Shown piece by piece: positions 1 through 13,710 of a stretch of DNA of 64,000 bases (positions within the stretch are counted from its first letter, which is position 1; each line of letters begins with the position of its first letter). A program made the translations under genes and the position numbers. Below the pieces are notes generated by a model. The model was given only the letters and a program-made list of their open reading frames with translations. It did not search any database and was not told the origin of the DNA. Origin of the DNA: Octopus sinensis (lineage: Eukaryota); the NCBI RefSeq assembly GCF_006345805.1, contig NC_042998.1:121520001-121584000 (forward strand). The letters run 5' to 3'.

Positions 1-1354
1 GATATGGGATTGCTCTTAACTTCATTGCTAATCTTTTAGTTATCTAATACATTGCTGCTCAATATATTTAAATTTTTAATTTCATTTATCTTTTGCATTG
101 AATGGGTTGAGTGATAGTGTATACGTGTGTATATAAATATGGAATAGTGTGTGTGTGTACGTGTGTATATATATATATGCGCGCGCGTGTGTGTGTGTGT
201 ATATATATGATCATTAATAGGATTCAATGTCAACTTGGCATTGTTGTTTCCTTCAAGTAATATTTTAGGTCCCTAAAGAACACACTCCAAGGTAACAATA
301 TTGGTGTTTAGCTGAAATTCTATCATCCACTTATATGTTTGTAATGTTTTCCTTCCTTTTCTAATTTATATTTTGTTTATAATTTTCTTACCTTAAATAC
401 ATTCTGAAGTCATTTTTATAGCCAATATTTTGTTAGAAACTCCTCCAGTGTCAGTGTTCACATCTCACTAAATATTTCGGTTACAACTAGTAAAAACTCA
501 ATAATCAATCCATTATTGTATACCCTCATCTCCTTTTCACCTCTCCTATTTTCAGTGAATAATACTGTGGTGACTACTTTTACACCAACTGTTGTTCTTT
601 CACATTGTTAATCTGTTTCATCAACCTGTCCACTATGTATGCAATAAAGTCTCAAATACTTAACTGTCTTGTTTTTCCTATCAACATGTTCTTGCTCTCA
701 TATTGTCACTTTCTTCATGTAGTTAAAATCAAGCATGCAAGGCTACTTATAAAACTATGTTCTTGTCAAATTTGATGTTTATTACCAATTGGAGGGTCTT
801 TTAAACTTTACCTATTTATGTTAAAATATTTACTTGAAGAGGATGTAGAACATGCCTTGAAATATAATAATTATTTCTATAAGCTCCTTGAGACATAGTT
901 GCAGTTAGTTTCATTATTGTTACTGAATGGTTAACACTGTTTTCAAACTTCTTCTGCAATATAACATTACTTTAAAACTTTAAAATGACTTCAGTTATAG
1001 CTTTTAAGTTTAGTCAATCTAACTCAATCACCAGTGAAAGAAATAAGTATATCAGAATGGTTAGATAAATGCTATTGCAAGTTCTTAACAATTTCTGCAT
1101 CATTTGTTTGTTAAAATTCCAACTGATTTTTGAGTTGTTAAAATAATTAAAATTAATTATTTGCAAATCATAATTTTTTTTTTTCAAACCATACATCAAA
1201 AATTACTGTAGCTGTTATATTTCAGTCTCACTTTTTCACTGCAGAACTTTGGAATTGAATATCTATGTTTGGTTGCCTTTCAGTCTCTCTCATATTTTTA
1301 TTTATGAATATATATTTTAATATGTTCATGTGTTGGTGTGAATATATGCATTTA

Positions 1355-1422
<68 letters not shown>

Positions 1423-2234
1423 TTATATATATGCACACAACTACACGTGCTAAAAAAACTATAGACATATCATGCAGAAGTTTGCTGTCATTTTCATCCA
1501 TTGTACTTTGTTTTTTCTCCTTCCATTGCTATTTTCCATTTGATAATATAGATACAACATTATGCTATCTTTGAATACAAATAGTGGGAAATGAGACTGA
1601 GAAACAAAAATGGAAATGGGTAATAAAAAAAAAATTTTTTTTAACCCTTACTCAAGAGGAATGTTTACCAGAAATGCCTACTACTAAAGACTGACAATTT
1701 CATTAAAAGAACCAAGTGGCAAGCTTGCTAACGAAGTAGTGGATGAAATCAGCAGACTTACTAACTCTACCCCTTTGAAGGCAACTTGTTTGAACTAATC
1801 TAGAATATTAAATTTAGAAATTATAGATGCTACTTCCCAGTTGACCTCTGAAGAGAAATCATGTCAGTAAATGAATTTCAGAATTCAGCACAGTACGGAC
1901 AGATATAGAAATTTGTCAAATCTGGTAACACATGGGAGACAGGTGCGTATTTGAAGACAACAATAAGCATCTATGCAAAAACTCCAATAAATGAAATTAA
2001 TTATATCATTCTCTGTAATTTATGATAAGGTTAGATCCAGATACAAATTTGTTTTTGAATGCCTGAGGTTTATACAATGAGTGTCACCTATTTGACTCTT
2101 ATGAGTATTTCATTTGTCATGAAGACATTGGCATATTTTTACTCGCCACTGGTGTTCTTTAGCATGGCAAGCTACATTTTGCTTCACAAATATTTGAATT
2201 ACTGTCAGTTCAATGTGTTTATATGTATAAAGGT

Positions 2235-2560
2235 GTATGTGTATCCTTTACTTGTTTTAGTCATTGGACTGGGGTACCGCTTTGAAGAATTTAGTTGAAC
2301 AAATCAATGCTAATATGGTTTTAAGCACAGTATTTATTCTATTGGTCTCTTTTGCCAAACCACTAGGTTATGGGGTGGGGTAAATAAACCAACATCAGTT
2401 GTCAAGCAGTGGCAGGGGGAAATCCACTCACAAGGCTTTGGTTGGCTTATGGCTATAGTAGAAAACACTTGCCCAAGGTGCCACACAGTGAGACTGAATA
2501 AGAACCAGTGATTAAGAAGCAAGCTTCTTACCTCTTAGCCACGACTGCTTGTATGTATAT
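2235..2560 (-). mobile_element. CORE-type SINE copy (older)
   Basis: Colinear with the other copies, more diverged. Confidence 0.8.
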
Positions 2561-3689
2561 TGTATATATAGTGAAATACAGATAAAAGGAGAGGTGGGGT
2601 TGAAGAGTGATGGCTGATAAATCAGAAGTTAAGGAGGGCACACAGATGCAGAAGAGAGTAGGTGGGGAATGAGCTGCAGGAGCAGAAGTGGGCGGTAGGA
2701 TAGTGCACAGTGTGAGGTAGTTTGTGGGTGGAGAGTACAAAATACACGGTGCTTCCAGAATTCAGTTTAGCTGAAGTGGGCGGGTCTTCTCAGAAACCTC
2801 ATTGTCAGACAACCTGGTCCATAAGGTTCAACATCTTGGGATCATCCCACAAATATATGCAGTCATTTAAAGTTCACTTTTCCAAGCTTTTGTAAGTCAG
2901 TTTATTGATGTAGATTTTCTACTGCTAGATGCTCTTCCTCTTTCCAAACTAGCTAATGTTTCCCCATGGCCAGTATGATGTATAAACATACAAGTAGAAT
3001 ATATAAAAACTTGTTTGTTTTTAATTTATTTTCATTTCATTGGTAAATAAAATTAAGTTGAAAATTTTAAAGAATTCACCAAAAATAAGTGGGGGGGGGG
3101 GCGCCTCCCTTTTTTTTAAAATGGAAAACCACGTTTTCAGCTATGGAGATTCCGATTCTGGGAAAAAAAGGCTAAAATCGCAATTTCAATTTCTCACCCC
3201 TCCTCTCCCCACTCTTCATTTTTCACTTTTCTCAAAAGATTTGGGGGTGAAATACTTAGAAAAATATGGGGATTATGATTCTGAAAGAAAGAAATTACCC
3301 CAATTCTATGGCCTTCAAGCAGACTATCCACATGCTAGAAATAACAGCCAAATTTCACAGGAATTTGTTGGGCAAAAAAAAAACAATTAAAATTTTTTTT
3401 TTCTTTGCTTTTCTTTTCTACTCAAGGCCCAAGAATTTTTGGGAGAGGGGGCCAGTCGATTCAATCAACCCTGAATGGATGATTGTTGCCAGAGCAGCTA
3501 TCTGGCCTCCATGCCGGTGGCACGTAAAAGACACCATTCGAGCGTGATCGTTACCAGTATCACCTTACTAGCACCCATGCCGGTGGCATGTATAAAACCT
3601 CAGCAGAATTTGAACTCAGAACAAAGATGACCGAAATACTGCTATGCATTTCGCCCAGCATGCTAACGTTTCTACCAGCGCACCATCTT

Positions 3690-4740
3690 ACTCATCATCA
3701 TCATCGTTTAACGTCTGCTTTCCATGCTAGCATGGGTTGGACGTATGACTGATGGCTGCCCCAGGCTTCAATCTTGATCTAGCAGAGTTTCTACAGCTGG
3801 ATGCCCTTCCTAATGCCAACCACTCCGAGAATGTAGTGGGTGCTTTTACATGCCACCGGCTCAGCCAGTCAGGCAGCACTAGCAATGACCTCGCTCGAAT
3901 CTTTTATACATGCCACCGGCATGGGTGCCAGGAAGGCGATACTGGTAACGGTCACGCTCGAATGGTGTCTTACGTGCCACCAGCATGGAGGCCAGATAGC
4001 CGCTCTGGCAACAATTATACTCGGATGGGGCTCGAGTGCCAGTAATACGACGCTGGTAATGATCACGCTCCAATGGTGTCTTTTATGTGCCACTGGCATG
4101 GAAGTCAGTTAGCCACTCTGTCAATGATCACACTCGTATGGTGCTCTTTGCACCCCGCTAACACGGATGCCAGTCATCGATTTTGATTTGACTTGCCTCA
4201 ACAGGTCTTCGCAAGCAGAGTTTTAGTATCCAAAGAAGGAAAAGGTATGTATAAGTGGGCTGGTAACGCCCCTGACATAGGCCACGAGATTATGGTCTCA
4301 TTTAGCTTGCCGGGTCTTCTCACGCACGGCATATTTCCAAAAAATCTCCGTCACTAGTCATTTCCTCAGTGAGACCCAAGATTCGAAGGTCATGCTTTAC
4401 TACTTCATCCCAGGTCTTCCTGGGTCTACCTCTTCCACAGGTTCCCTCAACTGCCAGGGTGTGGCGCTTTTTCACACAGCGGTCCTCATCCATTCTTGCC
4501 ACGTGACCATACCAGCGCAGTCGTCTCTCTTGCACACCACATCTGATGCTTCTTAGGTCCAACATTTCTCTCAAGGTACTTACACTCTGTCGAGTATGCA
4601 CATGGACATTACACATCCATCGGATCATACTGGCTTCATTCCTTGCGAGCTTACGCATGTCCTCCACAATCACAGCCCATGTTTCACTGCCATGTAGCAT
4701 GGCTGTTCGTACACATGCGTCATACAGTCTACCTTTTACA
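3690..4740 (-). mobile_element. RTE-clade LINE, 5'-truncated (RT C-terminus + 3' UTR)
   Basis: MLHGSETWA...RLRWYGHVARM...GRGRPRKTWDEVV, followed by the modular 3' UTR and a (GAT)n tail. Confidence 0.9.
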
Positions 4741-5394
4741 AGATAATGAAGAAAATATGTAATTTATCTATTCCCCTTCTGCAAAGATTTCTAGCAGTAA
4801 ACTGAGGAATACTGTGACAAAGTTGTAAAAAAAGAGTTTGTTGGAGATTTGACTGTTATTTCTGCACTCATATTTTTTGTAACTTTCAAGTTTCATTTTG
4901 CAGAGACAAAAAAAAAGAAAAAATGAACACTTTAATCTCACTTTGTCACAGTATTCCTCATTTTACTGCAGGAAATTTCTCTGAAAGATATCTTTGCAGA
5001 AAGGCGAGTAGATTGATTACATATTTTTTTCATTATTTTATTGCAGTTTTATTCACCCAACAAATTCCTGTGAGATTCGGCTGTTATTTCTAGCATGTGG
5101 ATAGCCCGCTTGAAGTCTATAGGATTGGGAGTAAGGTGCAAAATTGAAATTTTACAAGCAACTTGTTTTCAGAATCATAATCCCTGTATTTTTTTTCTAG
5201 TATTTCACTGAAAGAATTTCCGAGAAAAATGAAGAAATGGGGGTGGGAGTTGAAAGTGCGATTTTTTTCCCCTTTTTATTTTTATTCAGAATTGGAATCT
5301 CCATAACTGAAAATGTGAGTTTCCATCAAAATAAAAATTATACTTTTTAAAGGGTGAGGGGTTACGCCTCTGCTTTGTGGGCCAAAAAGACTTC

Positions 5395-7330
5395 ATTATC
5401 ATCATCGTTTAACGTCTGCTTTCCGTGCTAGCATGAGTTGGATGATTTGACTGAGGTCTGGCAAACCAGATGGCTACACCAGACAACAATCTGATCTGGC
5501 AGAGTTTCTACAGCTGGATGTCCTTCCTAATGCCAACCACTCTGAGAGTGTAGCGGTTGCTTTTACCTTCCACCGGCATGAGGGCCAGTCAGGCGGTACT
5601 GGCAGCAGCCATGCTCAAATAGTACTCTTTTTATGTGCTGCCTGCACAAGAGCCAGTCCAGCGACCTTGCTTGAATGTCTTTTCAAGTGCCAGTAAGGCA
5701 ACGCAGGTAATGATCGAATGGTGCTTTTTACGTGCCATCAGCACGGAGTCCAGCTTGTTGCTCTGTCAACGATCATCCTCGTATGGTACTCTTAGTGCTC
5801 CACTAACACGGATGCCGGTCATCAAATTTGATTTCGATTTCACTTGCCTCAACAGATCTTCGCAAGCAGAGTTTAGTGTCCAGTGAAGGAAAGGTACGCA
5901 TAAGTGGGCTGGTATCACTTGAGTTTGCCGAGTCTTCTCAAGCACAGCATATTTCCAAAGGTCCCGGTCACTAGTCATTGCCTCGGTGCAGCCCTATGTT
6001 CAATGGTCATACTTTACCACCTCATCCTGGGTCTACCTCTTCCACAGGTTCCTTCAACCGCTATGGTGTGACACTTTTTCACACAGCTATCCACATCAAT
6101 TCTCATCACGTGGCCATACCAGCGCAGTCGTCTCTTGCACACCACATCTGATGCTTCTTAGGTCCAACTTTTCTCTCACTGACATTACACATCCAGTGGA
6201 GCATACTGGCTTCATTCCTTGCAAGTTTACGCATGTCCTCAGCAGTCACGGCCCATATTTCACTGCCATGTAGCATGGCTGTTCGTACACATGTATCATA
6301 CATTTTACCTTTTACTCTGAGCGAGAGGCCCTTTGTCACCAGCAGAGGTAAGAGCTCTCTGAACTTTGCCCAGGCTATTCTTATTCTACCGGCTACATTT
6401 TCAGCGCACCCTCCCCCGCTACTGATTTGGTCACCTAGGTAACGGAAGCTATCAACTACTTCTAGTTTTTCTCCCTGGAATGTGGCGGATGTTGTTCTCT
6501 GCACATTTTCAGTGTTTATTGCTCCTGAGCATCTACCACATATAAAAACTATCTTCCCATTTAGCCTTCTTTTGATATTGCTGCACCTCTTATGAGTCCA
6601 TAGCATACACTGGGCTCATCTTATAGAGTTTCTACAGATCGAGCAGGGCCATCTTACCTAAAGAGATTTGTGGTCTGCCTGCCTTCCTACTTATTAGGAC
6701 TTTGGTTTTAGCTAGGTTGACTCTAGGGCCCTTCAATTCTAATCCTTGTTTCCACACTTGAAACTTCTCTAGTTCTGATAGTGACTCAGCAATTAGAGCA
6801 AGGTCGTCAGCATAGAGGAGCTCCCAAGGACATCTTGTCTTGAATTCCTCTGTTATTGCCTGGAGGACTATGATAAATAGGAGGGGACTGAGAACTGGAC
6901 CTTGGATCCCTACCTCTACCTGGAATTCTTCACTGTACTTGATGCCAACCCTCACCTGACTGACAGCGTCCCTGTACATGGCTTGCACAGCTCTCACTAA
7001 CCATTCATCTATCCCTAGATTCCTCATTGACCACCAGATAAGGGATCGGGGGACCCTGTCAAGGGCTTTCTCCATGTCAACAAAAGCCAAGTACAGAGCT
7101 TTATCTTTGGCTATGTATTTCTCCTGCAGCTGTCTTATCAGAAATATAGCATCAGTGGTGCTTTTCCCTGGAATGAACCCAAACTGCATCCATCTAAACT
7201 GACTCTCTCCCTAATTAGTTGGGCTATAACCCTCTTCATTACCTGATCCAACAGCTTGATACTTCTGTAATTATTTGTATCTAAAGCGTCACCTTTACCT
7301 TTGTAGCAGTTGACTATTGTGCTGCTACAT
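5395..7330 (-). mobile_element. RTE-clade LINE remnant with RT domain
   Basis: QFGFIPGKSTTDAIF...FVDMEKALDRVPR...LLYADDLAL, then FRYLGD and GRPRK regions; frameshifted. Confidence 0.93.
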
Positions 7331-7756
7331 CAGTCAATGGGTATGACTCCTTCGTGTATCACTTGGTTAACTATATGGGTGACTAGGCTATAACCAACAT
7401 TCTTACCTCTGTAAGTGCTAGTCTTATCAGTATTCGTTGCAGTAAATTTAGGTATAGTTGGTGTTATATCCATAATCTCATCTATATAGTCAACTTATTC
7501 TTGTTCTAACATGAACTCCGCATTTGATTAGCTTTCTCTATGGGATACTAACAACTCAACAACATCATTTGAATGCATCACATCATTCTGAATTTGATGT
7601 TTCTGTTAGTGGAAAACTTGTTGAATCATAGATACAGTCTAATCATACATTTTTCCAAGCACCATTCATAGTTGAGGGTTTCTCTTTCCCCCATGACTTA
7701 GTTGTGCTCTCCAAAGCATCCATTATGTTCAACTTCCAAAAGTTCCTCACTGTCAA

Positions 7757-8550
7757 TTATGAGGGTGGAATGAAAAGTTCATAATGTAACTATGAAGGAG
7801 TGATACTAGAGCTGTGAAATCTTGCATGCATTAATTTCAACACTTTCTTATTAATAACTGCATTGTTTCTTTCCAAGTAAACTGATATCTGACTCTTCAA
7901 AAGTAACTTGTAGTGACTTCTCTTGAAAAGCAACAAAATTGGCACCATGGTGTTATCAAGTACCTGCAGAAAAAGGATTTAACCCCCAAGAAGATTCATG
8001 CTGATATGGTTGCTTCATTAGAGTATGACACTCCACCTTTATCAAAGCTGAGGAGGGGAAGGAAGAATCTTGAAGCTGACCCAAGGTTGGGATGTCCTGC
8101 AACTGCCACCACTGAATAACACATTGATCATATTCACCACATGATGAGGGATGACAGATTGATTATAAATCAAATAGCCAATGCTATTAGTATATCTCAT
8201 GAGAGAGTTGGGAATATTCTACACAATGAACTTGACATGACAAAGGTTTCTGTTTGGTGACTGCCATGTCTTCTAACACCTGATCAAAAATGCACCAGGC
8301 TGATCACATCACAGGGAAAATCAAACATTGTTTGAGGCAGATCCAGCTGGTACCCTTGAATATTTCCTAACCCCGAGTGATAGTGGAAACTTTCCTCCTT
8401 GCTTACTCCAAAGAAAGCTAAGGTCATTACAACTGCTGGGAAGGCATTGTGTTTATTGACTATTTTCAAAAGGGCCACCAATAGAAAGTACTATGCCAAC
8501 TTGCTGAGGCAGTTATGAAAGGCTGTCAAGACCAAATGCCTATAAAAACT
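7757..8550 (+). mobile_element. mariner transposase remnant
   Basis: VIKYLQKKDLTPKKIHADM...RRGRKNLEADPRLGCP..., degenerate WVPRLLT; TIR-like atgagggtggaatgaaaagttc. Confidence 0.85.
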
Positions 8551-8689
8551 GACTTTGCCTTTCAGGGTTGATGAATTAAGTACCAGTTGAACACTGGAGT
8601 CAATGTAATTGACTCACCCCCTTCCCTGTTATTGCTGACATGCCAAAATTTGAAACCAATATTCTGACAAAAAAATGTTTGTTAACCAT

Positions 8690-9150
8690 TCTTTAGAAAG
8701 ATTCTTAGTCATACATGTTTTTTTGAATGCCAAATTAGAGGTAAAGCTTGAAGTGATATTATAAGTAGCATATCTTCCCAGAGGTGTCTGACTATGTTTG
8801 TTAGTTTTAGATCCAGGTGTTGATTTTTCTTCTTTAGAAACAAACTTTCCAGCAAGCTTGCTCTGCCAGAAAAGTGCAATTTCAACATTGTATATTTGCT
8901 TTGGTATGTAAGCTCAGGTCATTTTCTTCTGCTGCTCAGGACAGTTAGTAGTAATCACTATTTCAACACTGACAACATCACCAATAATTTTTATGCTGTG
9001 CAAATTTAAATCCTTGAGCCTTTCAAACCAACCTTTCTTAGTCTGAAAATGTTTTTCATTATGTCATTCACACTTTTAATCTCTTTTTCTTCTTTAAATT
9101 GCCATTATGCTTTGAGCATGATCCTTAGTCCATACATTTGAGCTGCCATT
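8690..9150 (-). mobile_element. Tigger/pogo transposase remnant (N-terminal part; C-terminal part at about 7450-7756)
   Basis: FQTKKGWFERLK...LHSIKIIGD...YIPKQIYNVE...LFW...KEEKSTPG; distal part LNIMDAL...MNGAWK. Confidence 0.75.
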
Positions 9151-9993
9151 CTATTTTAAGCATTACATTAGATCTATGAACGAACAAGATCTAAGCAGTT
9201 ATACATAGTAGCTTCTTGAGTACTCAATTTTCCCTTTATTGTTAAGTTTTGTTGACTTTGTAAACATTGCAAGTTTTAATATTTAGGCAATTTTTTTCTC
9301 CCACACCAAGCCCTTTTAAAACACTAAGTGTAAAGAAATTATACATACAGTGTAATCCCTTTAGGATTCTACACTACTACCTTCATTTCCATTTGATGGT
9401 TTCTTTCCAAACAACTTGGAATGTTGATAAATCCAACAGTGGTGGTGATCAATAAGTATTCACAACAAATATGTAGTATATAGTACTCACCAGGAAAGAA
9501 TTGTTTTTCTATGGTTGTAAGAATGGAAATAAAATGAAAGGGTATCAGAGTGAGGTGGGAAGAAGTACATGCGGATTACAGTTAGTTAAAAGGTTACCAA
9601 GTCCACAAGCATTTTGTCCCTTGCACCTCAAACTTAAACCAAAGAAACCTCCACCATTCATACACATGCTCTCTATTGTCTTAACATAAGAAATGTTGCC
9701 ACAGGCGTTGCTATCATTGATACAGTTACTGTTATTGCCAATTAGCTATTCATAATTGGGTGTGGGGAGGTATTGTTAGTCTCCAATAAATCATTGATGT
9801 CTCATTCAGCTTTTAAAATATATAAGATGTGTACTATGTCAATCTCTTTTATTTTAGAAGGGGTTGCTTATCTTGTTCATACTATTGGTGGTGGTGGTGG
9901 TTATTAATGAGTTGGGTGATAAGAGCAGATGCTGTTTCTGTATTGATGTTGATAATAGTTGTGGATGTAAAGATTGGTTTTTGTATATGTGTA

Positions 9994-11177
9994 CCGTAAA
10001 AACATGTAAATTGCACACCTGTGTAATTTACACAGGTGATTTTTAGGATAAAATTTGTTAAAAAAAGTTTCTTATGTAAAATTCACACCAAAAAGTTTTC
10101 AGTATTGCCGATATAGCTAGGGAAAAAGGTTTTCACTTTAGTTGTATTTAGCATAATTTCACTTAACTTATGATTAGATTTTATTAAATTTTCATTAAAT
10201 AAAAATAATTTTGTTTAACAGGTATCACATTGAAAGCTTTTAAATTACAAAGTGTTTGTATTGTTTATAATAAACTTTATTTTACATTTCTTGCTCACAA
10301 GAGATTATATCCAATCTTTAACATACTGCTGTATGCCTTTTCAAATCATGATCACAGGAAAAGTTGTTGATAAGAATTACCAACAAAAACAAAGCTCATA
10401 AATACACACAGGTGTTGCAAATTGAGTTTAATTACCAATATACATCAGCTTGGATGACACTTTACACAACCAACAGAGGAAGGTGACTGATCAACCTGAT
10501 TATGTAAACAGAATTCTTTTCTGCCTATACTTGTTGGAGCCTTTGATATGGAGTATCAATCCCTTTCACACTTATAAAATACCAAGCAAACTTTAAAATT
10601 TGTCATTACCGCTGTTGTCAGTATGGGCAGAACTTACAAATCATTTACTGCAAAGGAGAAATTAAATATGTTGAATATGCAGTTGAACATGGCAATAGAA
10701 CCAAATTTTCAAAATTGGTGTAAACAGTACAGCAAACTTAAAACTGTGCCTAGTAATAAACATAAAATCAAGATTATCCATATCATTACATTTTTTTAAA
10801 GTCAGGAATATCCATATTATGTATGTCAAATGGTGCTCCATTGTGATAAGTAGAAAAGCTCCAAGCATTGTAAAATATGTCCCGGACCGTGTTTACCAGC
10901 ATGAACATCAGACTTCAAAAAGTAGTTTTTAATGGTTTTAGTAAATTTATACAGAAGTAAGCATTATACTATCCAGCATAAATAAAAGTCAACTTCATAT
11001 TTAAGCCATTATTTTTTCTGACATTAAATGAGTCAACTTTCAGTACAAATGTTTACACTTTGTATGTCTTTTTGCAACAAAAAAAAGTTCTGGACACTAT
11101 CTACTCGTGTAATTTACGCACCCCCTAAAGTTTGTTTTTGTGAAAAAATAGTGCATAAATTACATGTATTTTTATGG
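9994..11177 (+). mobile_element. Internally deleted pogo-type DNA transposon with both TIRs
   Basis: TA-flanked ends CCGTAAAAACATGTAAATT / AATTACATGTATTTTTATGG. Internal MGRTYKSFTAKEKL..YVEYAVEHGNR (Brinker-type DNA-binding domain). Confidence 0.72.
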
Positions 11178-11324
11178 TAAACATGAAGTGAGATACTCAT
11201 TGTAATCCAAGAAAATATACTAACACAAATATTCACAGTGAAAAATTAACCCACATTCCGTAGGTGTTTATAGAGATGCATATGCAAAAACACATGTATG
11301 TACTTGTGAATATGTTTTTAAATT

Positions 11325-11686
11325 CTTTTACTTGTTTCAGTCATTTGACTGGCCATGTTGGAGCACCACCTTTAGTCGAGCAAATTGACCCCAGGACTTA
11401 TTCTTTGTAAGCCTAGTACTTATTCTATCAGTCTCTTTTGCCAAACTGCTGAGTTACAGGGATGTAAACACACCAGCATCAAGCGATGTTGGGGGGAACA
11501 AACATACACGCACACATACATACGATGGGCTTCTTTCAGTTTCCGTCTACCAAATCCACTCACAAGGCTTTGGTCACCCCGAGGCTATAGTCGAAGACAC
11601 TTGCCCAAGGTGCCACACAGTGGGACTGAATCCAGAACCATGTGGTTCGTAAGCAAGCTACTTACCACACAGCCACTCCTAGGCCT
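11325..11686 (-). mobile_element. CORE-type SINE copy
   Basis: Colinear with 31735-32122. Confidence 0.88.
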
Positions 11687-13289
11687 TTAATTATATTTTT
11701 GATCTCTGCTAAAATGCCAAAATGTGGCCTTTTAGTTAAGAAGAAAGTATAATTTGTAAACTAAAAATTCATCTGAGTTTCCAAAACGGCAAAATTACAA
11801 ACTCTCCTGAAATCAGTGGTCATACTTTACAATTTCCATAAGCTTAAAATTCTGTAACTTGAGACTGCCATAACATAGGGGATGCCTCTGTATCATCATC
11901 ACCATCATCATTTAATGACTATTTTTCCAAACTTACATGGATCCAATGGAATTTGTTGTGGTAGCTTATCTACTACCAGGTTCCCTATCTGTTGCTAACA
12001 CTCACCTGTTTTCACAACAGATTGCAAATAAAGAATAATGCTTGTATGATAGTGACAACGATCCTTTGCTATTTTAATGTGGAGTCAAGGCAAGAAAACA
12101 ATAGCACACACATATTTACAAATACATATATACACAACAGGCTTCTTTTAGTTTCCGTCTACGAAATCCACTCAAATGGTTTTAGTCAACCTTCTATTAC
12201 ACTGGGACTGAACCTGAAGCCATATGGTTAGGAAGCAAACGTTTTATCACATAACTTTTTCCCATACAAGTATAGTTATCAATATATCTATATACAAAAA
12301 AAAATGGAGAATGTGTCACAGAATAATCACTATATTTATTATAATAATAGTCATGTTTAAGTTTTAATTACCTAAATCTATATGCGATTAAATTGCATTA
12401 TGAATTTTAAAAAGCAAAAGCCTTCATCTAGGCAAGAGTTTATCAAAGTAAATCTTTTTCCATACATCTTCAATGGATGGAGAGTTCATTCTAATTGAAT
12501 TGTAGTCTGTGTGTCTTGGATTCCATTCAAAAAATAGCTAGAGGCTGATTTTGACCACTTGACATGGGATAGGCATAGTTTGGAAGAACTAGGTCATGTT
12601 TCTATCCACCTTTTTTAGTGGTGCAAAAAAGTTTTTTTTACAAGCCGGTCATTTTTTCATCTCTTCAAGAGATGAAAGACCAATGATAAGCACTAGTACA
12701 TCTGCACATGTGGAATTCCTGGTATTGTTAATTGATATGGAGATAAACTGGTATTTATCTTGGATAAATATCCCTAATTATGATTTTATTCAATATATTC
12801 CCTTCTCAGATTCACACACTTATTGCAGCAGTCCTTCAGCTTTTCTAAGCCCAGTAAAAGAACTCAGAAAGTTGGGCTTCCAACAAGGCTTTTTGTGATA
12901 CCCATAAAGCCTCATATCATCATCATAATTTAAAGTTCATGTTCCATGCTAGCATAGGTTGTACAAAAATCCAATGGGTCCTATGACCGTATTGTTCCCC
13001 AGTCTCTGCTTTGGGTGACATTGGAACGCAATCCGTGTATGGAGTTGCTAACCTACCATACTGACATTACTAACTTGAGAAATACCAAAATAAATTTAAT
13101 ATTCTGACTGGGAAACTCTGTGTTGGTGTGTTCATGTCCCTGTAACTTAGTGGTTTCACAAAAGAGACCAATAGAATAAAAGGTTTTTTAAAAAAAAAGG
13201 ACTGGGGTTGATTAGTTTCATTAAAATTTTCTAAGGTGGTGTCACAGCATAACTGCAGTCTAATGATTATAACAAGATAAAAATGTGTT

Positions 13290-13320
<31 letters not shown>

Positions 13321-13354
13321 TTATATATATGTATGTATATATACATGTATGTAG

Positions 13355-13710
13355 CCAAGCGAAATTGTAGCTTGAGAAGACCCATCTAGCCAAGTGAAAT
13401 CATAGTCGTGGCATGTAAAAAGCACCCTCAAACCTTGGGCCTCATGGAGGCAGTGACAAGTGACCAAGACCTTTGGCAATATACCATGCTTCCAAAGACC
13501 TCTCAAGCCAAATGAGATCACAGTCGTGGCTGATGCTGGTGTTTCATAACTGGCACATAAAAAGCACCCACTACACTCTTGGAGTGGTTGGTGTTAGGAG
13601 GGGCATCCAGCTGTAGAAACCATGCCAAATCAGATTGGAACCTGGTGCAGCTTACCAGGTTTCAGTCAAACCGTCCAGCCCATACGAGCATGGAAAAAAA
13701 TGATGATGTA
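13355..13710 (+). mobile_element. RTE 3'-UTR-only fragment or RTE-tailed SINE
   Basis: Shares ...aaaagcaccc...ggaagggcatccagctgtagaaac...ccagcatggaaa with the RTE 3' ends. Confidence 0.65.

Noticed and set aside
3040-3547. 116-aa and 93-aa ORFs
   Set aside because: They lie in a dispersed repeat and the RTE 3' UTR, cross homopolymer runs and show no protein motif.
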